Source of the DNA: Octopus vulgaris
Taxonomy: Eukaryota
Assembly (NCBI GenBank): GCA_951406725.2
Contig: OX597823.1
Span: forward strand, 80,042,001 to 80,106,000
Length of the DNA stretch: 64,000 nt
Direction: 5' to 3'
Part shown: in pieces, positions 38,701 to 52,819 of the stretch
Layout of the letters: each line of letters starts with the position of its first letter
Numbering within the stretch: the stretch's first letter is position 1
Position numbers and translations under genes: made by a program
Notes under the pieces: generated by a model
The model's database searches: none
What the model was told of the DNA's origin: nothing
Seen by the model: the letters and a program-made list of their open reading frames with translations, nothing else

Positions 38701-39165
38701 TTGGCATCTAGAGAAATATAAAGGATGTTTGTACACCGTGAAATTGCAATAAGCCCCACAGGAAGGTCGGTGCAAATCCTTCCTAGAGAGTGAACTCTAC
38801 TAATGAAATCTATGGGCCAGAATGCGGTATTAAATGAGGCAGGGCGATGCACCTACTCACCACGTAAATCATGGAGGATCGTAACAATCTATGTGCCAAG
38901 ACTACATAACATGTGCTCACAGACATAGAAACGTGTACAGAGACATATACAAATAGACACATACAAACAAACTCACAAAACATGTATTGTATTTTCTTTT
39001 TGCTATTTTTTTCCGTTTAATTTTTTCCGATGTTATTTGAATTAACACGGAAACTATTTTTGTCGTAGTGTTTTATGGGGGTTCTTTGTAGTTCTACTCT
39101 TCTTCTACAACTTTTACTTATCGCTTTTGAAATTTAGATAAATTTTACGTCTCTGCAGTCGTCAG

Positions 39166-39588
39166 CATAGGTATAACTGCGTGGTAAGTAGCTCGCTTCC
39201 CAACCACATGGTTCCAGGTTCAGTTCCACTGCGGGGTACCTTGGGCAATTGCCTTCTGCTATAGCCTCGGGCCTACAAAATCCTTTGTGAGTGGATTTGG
39301 TAGACGGAAACTGAAAGAAGCCTGTCGTACATATGTGTGCGTGTATGTGTATGTGTGTGTGTGTATGTATGTGTGTACGCGTGTGTGCGTGTGCGCGTCT
39401 ACAATCGCTTGACAACTGTTGTTGGTGTGTTCCAATAACTTAGCAGCTCGACATAAAGAGACCGATAGAATAAGTACCTAGCTTAAAAAAAGATAAGGAC
39501 TGGGGTAGATTCATTCGATTAAAAGTTCTTCAAGGTGGTGCCCCAGCATGGCCGCAATCTAATAACTGAAACAAGTAGAAGATAAAAG
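39166..39588 (+). mobile_element. SINE family B, full length, diverged
   Basis: Collinear with the other B copies. Confidence 0.88.
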
Positions 39589-39849
39589 GCATATGACGAT
39601 GACGTGCCAATACGAATTTATCTGACAACGCAATCCTTACAATCATACACAAGAATCTAATATTCTTTTGTTCTTTTATTTGTTTCAGTCATTTGACTGC
39701 GGCTATGCTGGAGTACCGCCTTTTAGTCAAGCAAATCGATACCAGGACTTATTCTTTGTAAGCCTAGTACTTATTCTATCGGTCTTTTAAGCCGAACCAC
39801 TAAGTTACCGTGTTGTTGGGGGGGGGGACAAACACAGCCACACAAACAT

Positions 39850-40590
<741 letters not shown>

Positions 40591-41795
40591 GTAAGTGTCT
40601 TCTACTTTAGTCTCGGGCCCACCAATGCCTTGTGAGTGGATTTGGTAGACGGAAACTGAAAAGAAGCTCGTCGTGCCATACAGTGGGACTGAACCCTGAA
40701 CCATGTGGTTGGTAAGCAAGCTACTTACCACACAGCCACTCCTACAGAAACTCACGGACACCGATATATGAATACAGTATGATCGCATCCTACTTTTTAA
40801 AAAACAAAGCAAATTGAAGAATCTAGTCCGAAAAGTAAATAAAAAATTGTTGGGTTGATCAAAAATGAAACAAATGTCTTTGATCATTAGTGCACTCGAC
40901 AACCGAACAGACGTAAACAACGCAAACGTTCTACTTTTTACGTCACTGAATTCTTCCACATAATGTTGTTATGGCTGCTGATGGTTTGTTGTTATTATTA
41001 TTATTAGCAGCCATTTTATACTGTTGAAGAGATCACTGCCTCAATGGTCCTGTTATTTATCAAAGGTACGCAAAGACTCGTAAATAGATAACACGTGACG
41101 GAGTATTTCATAACTTTATGCAGCACAAGCACAGTAAAATTAAGGAGTGTTGCACGCTTGTATGCTGAATGAATTCAACGTCTCCCTTGGGTACACAGTC
41201 AAAGAAGATTTAGGGTCCCAACAGTCTCATCTACATAAATTGGTCTCGTACCCGAAATATAAGAAAGAACGTTTTCACTCGTTTTGGTATCTGTTTACGG
41301 TCAGAAGGACGAAACCTGAGAGAATTAAGCGCCATGAGTGAGTGCATTTAGAATGAAACACCGTTGTCAAAGAGGAGAGAATTAGTTGCTATTTCTAGCA
41401 GATACAACGACCAGATAGAGGCTTCTTTGTTGTCTTTTCCTGGGTGAACTGGTTCTTTTGGCTATTATTTCATGCCAGAGATTAAAGCTTAGCCATGACA
41501 GCAAACGGTACGAATATATTAACCAGCGGTCATCCTTTTCTCTAATATTCAAATTCCACTCAGCAAAAAAAAAAAAGGAAAAAAGAAAAAAGAAAAAGAA
41601 AAAGATGAACACAAAAAAAAGCAGAACTTAAAATCCAGCAGGGGAGTCGCAGAAGAGACATTTTCTCACAGGTGTGTTCGATTAGGACTGACCTGGATGC
41701 ATGCTGAACAACAACAGAAACAACAACTATTATTATCATTACTACTAACGCAGCAGTTGCTGCTGCTACTACTACTACTACTACTATTGCAGCTT

Positions 41796-41849
<54 letters not shown>

Positions 41850-41863
41850 ATGATAATAATATT

Positions 41864-41950
<87 letters not shown>

Positions 41951-41960
41951 AAGAAGAATC

Positions 41961-42148
41961 CTTTCTAATGGAAGCACAAGGCCTCAAATTTGGGGTAAGG
42001 AATTAAGTCGATTACATCGACCCAAGTTACTAATTTTATCGACCTCAAAAGGATGACAGGTAAAGTCAACCTCGGCGGAATTTGAACTCAGAACGTAAGG
42101 ACGGACGAAATGCCGCCAAGCGTTATCCAGCGTGCAAATGATTCTGCC

Positions 42149-42210
<62 letters not shown>

Positions 42211-42450
42211 TATTATTATTATTATTATTATTAGTATTACTTTCTACTCTAGACACAAGGAAGGCCCGAAATTTTGGGCCAGTCGATTAGATCGACCCCG
42301 GCACACAACTGGTTCTTAATTTATCGTCCTTGAAAAAATGAAAGGCAAAGTCGACCTCGGCGGAATTTGAACTCAGAACGTAAAGAGCCGGAACCCAGAA
42401 CGAAATGCCGCTAAGAATTTTGCTTGGCGCGGTAAGGATTTTCTGCCAGC
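41961..42450 (-). mobile_element. Two SINE family A copies separated by (AAT)n/(ATT)n
   Basis: Core cctcggcggaatttgaactcagaacgtaa at ~42070 and ~42355. Confidence 0.9.
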
Positions 42451-43021
42451 TACTACTACTACTACTACTACAACTACTACTACTACTACTGCTACTGCTA
42501 CTACTACCAATATTGCATGGTAGTTTTAGAGATATTTAGATCTCTCTGTTTCTGGCTAATATGCCCAACGCTTTTCTTTTACAAACGTTAAGATAAAACA
42601 TTTAATGCCAAGATGTGGAGGAAATACGAGCGCGGACTATTAGTCTTTCATTAGTTTATGAATAAAAATAAAACGAAAACACTACAAAACGAGGGCAACT
42701 CATTAATATCGCATTAGCTATGAAGTGTGATACAAAATATGTATATTCCTTACTAAATATCAAAAGCCAAGTTATCAATAACTCAACTATATAGAATTTT
42801 AAAAATAAATAAATAAGGATTAAATATTTAGTGCTGTGAGATGCGACGAAGGCTGTTGGTAGCTTATTTCAACTACTCATTTTATGCTTCGTTGCACATA
42901 TGCCGCTTTTTTTTCTCCTTTGGTTGTGCAGTTGAATTTTGTGCGTACGTGTTTGTGTGTGTGTGCGTATACGCCCACACATACACATTATAACATATTT
43001 TTGGATATATATATAAATATG

Positions 43022-43057
<36 letters not shown>

Positions 43058-43069
43058 CTTTCTTTTATT

Positions 43070-43613
43070 GGATCTTTTCCTTTTGAACGGCAGTTTTCAA
43101 CACAATTTCTAGTTAACTAAACACTTTTAAACTTCGTATACTGGTAGAATGTGTTTATAAAACATCATTTTTTCTTGGCTTTATTGAGACAATTCTATAT
43201 GTTGTAACATATTTCCACTTTAAAATCTAGCTTTTCGGCAATTTTAACCAATCAAATACGTCCATTTGGAGTCAAAACATACCGTGCTGTATAAATATGT
43301 CCCTCAGAAACAGATTGGGTTTATTTACATCTGCGAAGAAAAAAAGATACCCTTCCCCCACCCCTAACCCTAACCCTAACTCTAACTAAACCTAACCCTA
43401 AAATAGATTGAAATGCAATAGATCGATACAAGGGCCATAATTATGGGTGACAATTTCATACGACACCGCTAGAAAAAAATCCCATTTTCCGTAGCGGTGT
43501 CGTATGAAATTGTCACCCATGATTATGGCCTAGTATCGATCTATTGCATTTCAATCTATTTTAGGGTTAGGTTTAGTTAGAGTTGACGTATGCCGTTCAA
43601 AAGGAAAAGATCC
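43070..43613. mobile_element. MITE with 22-bp GG..CC TIRs, apparent 8-bp TSD, internal (CCCTAA)n and an internal fold-back
   Basis: ggatcttttccttttgaacggc ... gccgttcaaaaggaaaagatcc; flanked by cttttatt on both sides. Confidence 0.85.
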
Positions 43614-43809
43614 CTTTTATTCTTTTATTTGTTTCAGTCGTTTGATTGCAGCCATGCTGCGGCACCGCTTTTAGTCGAACAAATTGACACCAGGATTTAT
43701 TCTTTGCAAGCCTAGTATTTATTGTATCGGACTATTTTGCCGTTTCGGGGACGTAAATACACTAACATCGGTTGTCAAGTAATGGTGGGGTGACAAACAC
43801 AGACACACA

Positions 43810-43884
<75 letters not shown>

Positions 43885-43912
43885 GTTTAAATGACCATTC
43901 CGAAATATAACA

Positions 43913-43943
<31 letters not shown>

Positions 43944-44103
43944 CGACAGGCTTCTCTCAGTTTCCGTCTACCAAATCCTCTCGCAAGGCTTTGGTCAGGC
44001 CGAGGCTATAGTAGAAGACAGTTGTCCAAGGCGTCACGCAATGGAATTGAACCTGGAACCCTGTGGTTGGGAAGCAAGTTTCTTACCACACAGCTACGTC
44101 TGC
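43614..44103 (-). mobile_element. SINE family B, full length
   Basis: Collinear with the other B copies; internal (TA)n. Confidence 0.88.
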
Positions 44104-45908
44104 GTCAACATATATTCTATATATATATATATACACGCATTCATATGTTCTGTATATACATACTGATATACATACGTGTGTGTGTGTGTGTGTATTGGTT
44201 GGTTGCGTGTATGTGAGCGTGTGTGTTATTTATATGTATACACTGAAACTTAATAAAGGTATACCTGAAATGTTTAGATTACACAACCCGTTGAAAGATT
44301 TTAAAATATTTATACATTTCTCAGAGTAGAAAAAATATCAGGGTTGTTCTTAATAGTTTCACCTCTGTTAGGAAAATCATCAGATATTAAATATCCTGGA
44401 ATCACACTGAACAGAAGACTCTTAAAAGAAATTGGATTTCGGTTTAAATACACAAAATTTGATTATAAGACAGGAAGGTTTCTGCTGGTATACCTTTGAT
44501 CAAATCTCTATTCAATCAGTGTTTCATTAAATAGATATGACAACAAACAATCAGATAATCGATTGATCAGTCAATCAATCAAGCAGTCAGTCAATAGATA
44601 TAATCTAATAAGAGAAAGAAATATATGGAAATTATCACTTTGGCAGTTGGTGAAGTATATCTAAAAGGAAAATAAAAGGCGATTAAAGAGACTTAAGAAC
44701 ATAGCTTATAGAAGTACAATAAGCTAAGGGAAATTACTCAAATAAGCTAGTGGCTTCAATATTGATGAATAAATTGAAGAGGAGAATGCATTGATAGTCA
44801 TATGAAAAGAAATGTCTAAATTGAAACTTCGTTAGCTGGCGGGAGTAAACAAAATTCCTTGGCGACTCAAACCACACAAAAAAAAACATATATAAAGTTG
44901 TTTTAAAAAATTAATGAGGAATCTTTCAAAGTTAATTCACATATTTATCTTAACGCAAGTCTTATCTTTGTTTGCCAACAAAAGACAATTCCATACATGT
45001 TTCCATCTGTTAGTCCTCATCAAGATGATACAGTGTGGCCAAACTTGTTGATCAGACGTCAAAGATTTTGCCTGTAGTAAATGAGTCACGAAGAATTTTT
45101 TTTCTTTTCTCACAGTAAAATTTGCACAATGAAAAAGATAAAGTAAACCAAAGGAAATAGCTTAAATAAGTCAATGATATAAATTTTGATGAAGAAGCAA
45201 AGCTGCAACATACTTATTGTCATATACAATAATAAAAAAGAAAACAAGAAAGTGATTTCATAACTGAAAACTTTGTTTTAGTTGGATATAGAGAAAACAA
45301 ATACCCAATTATTGGCGACAATTAACGAAAAGGGGAGATAATTTTAAAAAATTGCGTAATCTCTCATCGATCACAGACGCATGAAAGACAGACCAAGATA
45401 AAGAAGGGATGAGGAAAATTTTTCTGAGGCTCTAAATCCGACGGTCTTGTTTCATTCAACCATTTCGCTGACTTCAAAAAGAGACGGTCGATTAATTCCC
45501 ACCCCAGTATATGATCGGTACGTATTTAAGTGACTTTAGAAATATGAAACGATAAACCGATGGGAAATGAAATCAGAGGGACGAAATAGAAGACAACATG
45601 AATTGTCAAGTCCTATGATCCATCACTATGAAAATAACCAGTACAACTGGTGTTGATGGAAAATATATTCAGAAAACTTACGTGGGACGAAATATGGCCG
45701 AATCGACAGAGCGCCAGATAAAATGATGGCGAGTAATTAACTAAGTCACTTTATACTGTGAGTTTACATCGGGGTAATCTTTGCCTTTAAAATCTTCCGG
45801 GATTAATAAAATACGTACAAAGCAATTATTAAGATAATTTTAATTGATTCTGCTTAAACACAAAATCATGAGCATTACACATATGTGTGTGTTTGTATGT
45901 AAAAAGTC

Positions 45909-46104
45909 GGCGAGCTGGCAGAATAGTTAGCACGCTGGACGAAATGTTTAGCAGTATTTCGCCCGTTGCTCAGTTCTGAGTTCAAATTCTACCGAAATTC
46001 ATCCTTTCAGGGTCGATAAATTCAGTACCAGTTGTGCACTGGAGTTGATCATATCGACTAGCCCCTCCCGCAAAATTTCAGTCCTTGTGACAATGGTAGA
46101 AAGG
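45909..46104 (+). mobile_element. SINE family A
   Basis: ggcgagctggcagaatagttagcacgc...gagttcaaattc...gggtcgataaattcagtaccag. Confidence 0.88.
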
Positions 46105-46302
46105 ATATGTTTATATGTATGTGTGTGTAGGTTTGTATAACTGTTGTGTGTGTGTCTAGGTTTGTATAACTGTTCGTGTTTGTGAGTTTGCGTACACGCG
46201 AAGACCTATGGAAATTTTGCATTTCTTTTGTTGGATAAAATTGTAGTTTCTTTATACATTATTTACAATTGACGGGTATTTGTCCTTATCTTGTTTGTTG
46301 TT

Positions 46303-46348
46303 AACACAATATTTCGGCTGATATACCCTCCAGCCTTCATCAGGTGTC
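46303..46348 (-). ncRNA. Minimal type-I hammerhead ribozyme of the PLE pLTR
   Basis: Reverse complement gacac-CTGATGA-a-ggctg(gagggtatat)cagcc-GAAA-tatt-gtgtt; the paralogue at 623-640 reads GAAACGTT. Confidence 0.75.
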
Positions 46349-46425
46349 TTGGGGAAATTTCGAACCTGGGTTCTCATTTCTAAGTTATTTTTAGATGTTG
46401 TTATTATTATTCTTATCATTATTCA

Positions 46426-46498
46426 GGTCAATGCCTGGAATCAAATTCAGAATCTTGGGGTCAGGAGCCCGCGCCCTTAATGACTACGCCATAAGCCC
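46426..46498 (-). other. tRNA-like (Pol III A/B box) module inside the PLE 3' region
   Basis: Reverse complement gggcttatggcgtagtcattaagggcgcgggctcctgacccc..aatttgattcc; the better-preserved paralogue at 813-876 reads gcgtagtggttaagagcgcgggctactaacccc..gtccgattcc. Confidence 0.65.
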
Positions 46499-46523
46499 GT
46501 AGGCAATTATGGCATTTTAGGGC

Positions 46524-46838
46524 TTATAAATCTAATATTCTCCTATCCTTCCTTAATACCGTTTCCCACATGCTGTTCATATCTGCACTCGGTCTGCTTA
46601 GGAGATTGTTGTGTCCTAGCATATGTGCTGCTTCTTTTAGTTTTCATATTTTCCAGTGGTGTTCTCTGTCTGTTATTTTAACTTCATCCCACAGGGGGAG
46701 GTGGTCTCCATTTTTCCATACATGATCAGCTATACCTGATTTATCAATATCTCCACCTGTCACAGCTTTGCGATGTTCCTCTACCCTTATTTTGAGAGGG
46801 CGGCATGTTTCGCCTCTGTATAACCTACCACAGCTGCA
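46524..46838 (-). pseudogene. GIY-YIG endonuclease C-terminal fragment of a PLE ORF (one internal stop; not in the ORF track)
   Basis: CSCGRLYRGETCRPLKIRVEEHRKAVTGGDIDKSGIADHVWKNGDHLPLWDEVKITDREHHWKI*KLKEAAHMLGHNNLLSRPSADMNSMWETVLRKDRRILDL* matches the PLE pattern C..C...YIGET.R.L..R..EH...S..A.H....H...W.....D.E......EA. Confidence 0.9.
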
Positions 46839-47151
46839 TAATGTAAATAATGTACATAATGCCTCATCTCTTAAATATAGAACTGTATTATGTCTTTCAT
46901 TATGTTAAAAAAATTAAGTTTTTTCGATAGTTAAGATTATTAATAGCATAACACTTAGACACATACTGTGACAGTAATTTTATAGAATACAGATAACGCC
47001 CAATCACGCGGACGCGCGCAAGCACTCACACACGCACGGATGTGTGCTATTTTATCATATGTGTATGTCAGTGTATTTACGTGTGTGTAAGTCTCTGGTG
47101 GTATGTATATGTGTGTTTACGAGAGAAGAAGCCTCTGAACATAAGTGTGTA

Positions 47152-47201
<50 letters not shown>

Positions 47202-47994
47202 CGTCCGTGCGAGCAACTCTAAAACGTGTATTTTCGAAGTGGATGTTTGTAATAAGATTCCGCACCATTCAAAACAACTGATACAAAATTATATCAGACG
47301 TTACGGAATGGCTACTATGATCTACATGATATGAACACACACATTCATTGTTTCTTTTATCACAAATATATTTTCCAAGGTGACTTTTGTAATTTCGTTT
47401 CACTTTGATCAATTCTCCTTCCATATCTTTTCCCCCACTCATTTTTGATGATTGCTTCTAAACTTAATTGATCGTATTTCACACGGAGACGAGCACTCGA
47501 AGGCAAGCACAAGTACAAACACGCCCTCTCTTTCTCTCTTACGCCTCTTCTCTCTCTGCCTCTAATCCGACACATGGTACCTCTAGAGCAAGTCAACTTC
47601 GTGTGGCCTATTTGCACGACCACTAGCACTTAGAGTCCCAATGACTTCGTTATTCATACGCTGTCGACTTAGGCACCGCTGCGCTCGGCTGATTTTATTT
47701 ATTTATTTTTATTTTACTTTATGCACGTTGCCACATTTTGTGGAATAGAAATCCAGTCCATTCTATTGATCCTAGTTTATTGTTGGTAATTAGTTTTGAC
47801 ATCAGCTGTGATAAATTACAATGTAAATTTAGGCAAAATGAACTGTGATACACAAATTTATTAAGAAAATTAATTAGTTCGACACGCCATTACTCCAAGG
47901 AATTTTTTCCAGTCTCAAATATCTAAGGACAATACTTTCACATAGTTTCTTGATAGTCAAGAAGTAGCAAGTTAATTCCCCTCAGATCGCGTTA

Positions 47995-48388
47995 TCTCTC
48001 TATATATATCAAGCTGAAGTTGTCTGTGTATGGCAGGTTTGGTAGCCTTCAACTAACACTATCTCCTCCGAGACCCTGCGGTGCAAGTCGACAAAAATTG
48101 AGAGTATGATAGAAGAAGGCTGGCTTTTCCTTCCGTAGAAGAAAAAATTCAAATCGGACCATGTTAACACCAAAAAATATTTACATCAAAAAGGTGCTAT
48201 TTTTCTATGAAAATCTCTATTTTTTACGATTTTTTGACTGCTGTGTCGTCATTTTTTGGTGCATTTCAACCAGAAAAATATTCACTTAAAGAGAATAACA
48301 AGCTACATAATGCAAAATTTTTACTTTTCAAAAATTCCAATTCTAAAGGGTCGAAACAAACCCGAGCAACTCCGGGCGATACTGCTAG
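47995..48388 (+). mobile_element. Non-autonomous Helitron
   Basis: A|TC 5' end, subterminal hairpin cccgagcaactccggg, CTAG|T 3' end, no TSD. Confidence 0.85.
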
Positions 48389-48517
48389 TAATGTCATAAA
48401 AGAGAAACATGTTGCATAATGTCAGAGTTTGAACGCCTTTCCTAAAACGTTTGCTCGATCTGGTTTGTCACGGAACTCAACGATTACAACTTAAGAACTA
48501 AAAACTTATATGAGTTA

Positions 48518-48900
48518 CGAGCAAAACGCCCCCCCGTCCAATGGACGGTGCTGAGTTGTCAAACATTTAAACCAAATTTTCTCAAAACAACTTGTCCGAC
48601 CATCCCATAGGCCGCCCCTTTGAGAAACACGGATTTCACCTAAATTTGAGACACCGTGCATTTTTCTCGCGTACGCGTAGTATCGATCGCAACAGCTGAT
48701 GTACTTGCGCGTACAAATGTACGATAGCACGGCTTTATCGATTGCATTCTCACCTGGAATTGATTTTTGTAATTTTTTCAAGACTTATACACGCCCTGAT
48801 ACCGTCGGTATCTACATATCAAATTTGAGCGCAATCGGATGGAAGATGCCCGAGATCCTAGAAGATACACAGACAGACAGAGCAGATTTTATATAATAGA
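48518..48900 (-). mobile_element. Non-autonomous Helitron-like element
   Basis: Minus strand A|TCTATT 5' end; palindrome ccgtcca-a-tggacgg region at 48534-48548; 3' end CTCG|T; second copy at 22205. Confidence 0.78.
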
Positions 48901-49699
48901 TGGGTATTAAACTATTTTATGCCGCTTCTACTTAAACGCTTAACCTGTCCAAAACATTTTTATAAATTTATCCTAAATGTTCATTTTTATAAATTTATCC
49001 TAAATTTCAAACCTTTATTTGGCCCTTGGTTCTTATGTTCTGGGTAGTATAAAGCTTTTCTTTCATAAGTCCCAAGTTACTCTAGTATTTGAAAAAATAC
49101 TGGGAATCTGTATCATATATGATGAATGGATGCCAGGAAAATATGTCCTATGTGTCACATGTGATACACAGAACAGGCAAAGAGTTAAAGAAACAAAAAA
49201 GAAAGTCAACTGAATCTTACTATGTACAAGGTTTTGATCTAAGTATGGAAGGAACAGATTCAATTCAAAAAAATTCGGTACGTGCCATCAGAAAAAAAAA
49301 ACCGAAACGGTCTTGTTATTTATAAATTTCTGCTGCATACACACACACACACAAAAAGTACTAGTTGAAAGAGCAACCGAAAAACATATGTCGATATTAA
49401 TGAGCGGTGTCTATTCAAAGTATCTCGGTGCAATTTTTGGCTGAGAAAGTTATTTGGATATTTTGAAAATAAGGCATCTGCATGTAGAAGGTGTGAAAGT
49501 TTTCCTTTCGCTTAAGCTTGAAGAATGGAATGGCAACGATTGCAGAGATAGTTAAGCACATAGGTGCTGCTGCGAAAGTAAACAGTCTTTTTGACAAAGG
49601 TCATATTTATCAGCCGGCTTTGATGTCATACTATTTACTCCTACTCGAATCGATCGGATTTCACGGAACGGAAATAAAAGAACTTTGATGGAGTGTTTG

Positions 49700-49976
49700 C
49701 CTATCGTCGTTGCCGACATTGTTGGCGTTGCTGTTGTTGCTGTTGCTGCTGCTGGTGGTACAAACTGCTGTTGCTTGTTGCAGCTGCCGTAGCTGCTGCT
49801 GTTCTTAACGCTGGTATTACGACTGCTGCTGCTGCTGCTGCCGCCGCTGTTGCTTTGTGGTGGTGCTGATGACGGTGGTGCTGTTCGTGTTGATGGTGGT
49901 GATGATGATTGTGGTAGTGATCGTTGCAGTCATCGTCCTCATCATCTTCATTATTATCATCAACGCTATCATCTTT

Positions 49977-50014
<38 letters not shown>

Positions 50015-50060
50015 AATCGTTATAGTCTTCGTCATCACTGTGATCATTATCAATTATCAC

Positions 50061-50111
<51 letters not shown>

Positions 50112-50175
50112 TATCATCATCATCACAACTAACACCACCATCATCGTCATCATCATCGTCATCGCCATCGCTGTG
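49700..50175. repeat. Compound triplet low-complexity tract (TGC/TGG/ATC)n
   Basis: Directly visible. Confidence 0.9.
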
Positions 50176-50646
50176 ATGAGAAAGATGATGCCTTAAAGAA
50201 TGTGTTGTTATTAGCATAGTAGACCAGAAACTACTCTTCTGTCTTATTGAAGAGGTAAAGCTGATTCAGAAAAGAAAACTCCCAGATATGAAGACTTTGG
50301 TAAAACACGAATAGTGCTTTCTTTATATACGTATACACATAGACACATACGTTGACATATGCATACATCTATACATACGTACAAACGTTCATATACACGT
50401 ACATAGATATATACATACATAGACGCAGGCATATAAGCATACATAAATACTTACATACATGAAATTGTTCAGCAAGAAGATATTCTTATATATGCAATCA
50501 TATGATACGGTTTATCTTTCTCCATCAAACGCTTAATAATAAATCTGAACAGATAGTGTACTAGTATATCCATTACTTTCGTCTTTTAAAACATCATTCA
50601 TTATATAATCACTCATACATACACGCATGCATACATACATGCGTAC

Positions 50647-50691
<45 letters not shown>

Positions 50692-52819
50692 TACACATAT
50701 ATACACATACACACACACACACATATATATATAGAGAGAGAGAGAGACAGAGACAGACAGACAGACAGACAGGCAGTTACAGGATGCATTAGAATGTAGG
50801 CATATCAACAAGTAGGATGTCAGGACTGGCTGAGTACTTAGTACTCAGCCTACTGTAAGGTAAAACAAGTTGTTATTAGTTGGTAGCTGGTAGTGTACTG
50901 CAAGTATGCATATACATACATATATATATATATACACACACATATATATAAATATATATATGTATGTATGTATGTATCTATACATATATATATATCTTAA
51001 ATATAGTATATATATATGTATATATATGTATCTATATGTCTGTGTGTATATATATGTATATACATACATACATACATACATACATACATACATACATACA
51101 TACATACATACATACATACATACATACAAACGTACACACATACATATACACATAAGTACTAGATCCAATAAATTCCAATATAAAGCGTAGGTCCAACACA
51201 GGATTGGTTCCAGGTGTAGCGTATGTATAACAGAAGTACATATGTGGGGCTTAAAATTCACTACAGCTGTTTCGGTAGCATTTTATTGGTGCATTCTTAG
51301 ATTATATCAAAGTAAAAACCCACCATCATCAGGTCGATTTTAAACACATAGACAGGCAAGGTAAAACCGGAACATGACCCATTCATGAGCTACAATGATG
51401 AACAATATGGGTGCATAGATTGGAATGTAGGTTGTAGTTTTTCCATAACCCCCATACTTACCGAGAAAATCGATGAAATCTTTTTCTAATGGAATTCCCC
51501 TCTTTCTTCCGCCATTAAAACAATCAGTTGCTTAGAAGCTGTTTTCTGACGGGGTAGGATCAGGAAATTTTCATACAGCTGGAGGCTCCAATCGAAACAG
51601 GGGACCCGAAATGATATGGTTGAGAAACGCTCTTATAGATTATGCCTAACCGAAAATGAACACCGGGCTTAGCTGCTAGTATGAAATAAAGAGTTAACAT
51701 CGTTCCATATTTATCGTCTGGCTTTGACATGTAAAACCCTGCTTAGCAATGTAGTCATCAGACAACAAAACAACTGCTGAAAAATGGTAGCATAGTACGT
51801 GAGTTTGAGCTTTCAACACTAAGACTCTTTCATTTAGCATAGGGGCGGGCTTGGTTAAAACATTTCCTACACGAAAGACATATTTTGTGTCTGTATTCTC
51901 ATTTTATTTTCTTGTCATGTGTAGCTTGTATATGCTTCTTCCTTAAGTGCATACTACAGGTTTGTCTGGGTTTTTTTTGTCTTTTTTGGAGGCGGGGTTG
52001 ATGGTGGTGGTGGAATTCTTGATACTGTCAATGCTTTGACAGAATTTTGTTGATAGAGTCAATGCGAGAGATTGAGAAGGAGAGACCGAGAAAGGAGAAA
52101 CAAATACTGTTTAAATTGCAGAGAACGGCATATGGTAAGTCACTACTAGCGCATCTTTCAATACCTGTATCCAAATATCGACTGATTTTAACCCTTCCCT
52201 GTCATTTCATTTAGTTACTAAACAGCCAACAAGCTACTTATCGTCTATTGCACTTTAGAGAATGCTTGTCTTACGCTGTCATTCGTTAGTAAATAGTTTA
52301 ATGTAACCCAACACAAGGAAATATAAACTCTTTCAGCCAGATGGCATTTGCGGAGTATATTCGACAATGCAATTTTGCAAAAGAAAATATTCGACAAACA
52401 TAGTTTAGTCCCATGACAAACAATATATGCCTTTTTCTCGGAGAGAAAACCTACGATGAAAGACATTCCAACTTTAACTACCGTGTCATTTATTTTTCAG
52501 GCACAGTCTATCTAGGACATCATCAAATTAGTCCCTCTTTGTTGTTATTGTTATTGCTGTTACAGTTGCTGCAACTTCAATTATCTGATGACTGAATAAT
52601 TAACGAAAGAAGTCTATAGTCCTTGAAATTCTTTCTATCATCCGGTGTGCTCAAGTCAGTCTATACTTCGGTGACGTCAAGAATTTTCATAGTACTTACA
52701 AAATATCATACCTATTTCACTCTATATGCCGCCATCTAAGTTCTTTTGTTCATACAAACCCAAAGAATAACTGAACTCGCGTAATACCTTTCCTACTATA
52801 GACTCAATGCCTGAAGACT

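Larger units (their letters stand above)
46250..46885 (-). mobile_element. 5'-truncated Penelope-like retroelement with an inverted terminal copy at the truncation point
   Basis: Minus-strand order: GIY-YIG fragment, tRNA-like module, hammerhead, pLTR end. 46839-46885 is the element's 3' terminus in the opposite orientation. Confidence 0.9.

Noticed and set aside
43362-43401. (CCCTAA)n as a telomere or fusion relic
   Set aside because: Only a few degenerate units, lying inside a TIR element.
44345-44395. rc CTGATGA..cct/agg..GAAACTATTAA, and the nearby peptide KYPGITLNRRL
   Set aside because: Stem III is incomplete and the peptide match to LINE RT is too short; neither is supportable.
49701-50176. 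Poly-D/H/A/Q ORF resembling a transcription-factor low-complexity region
   Set aside because: Open in several frames on both strands because of triplet repeats; no flanking domain or splice sites identified.
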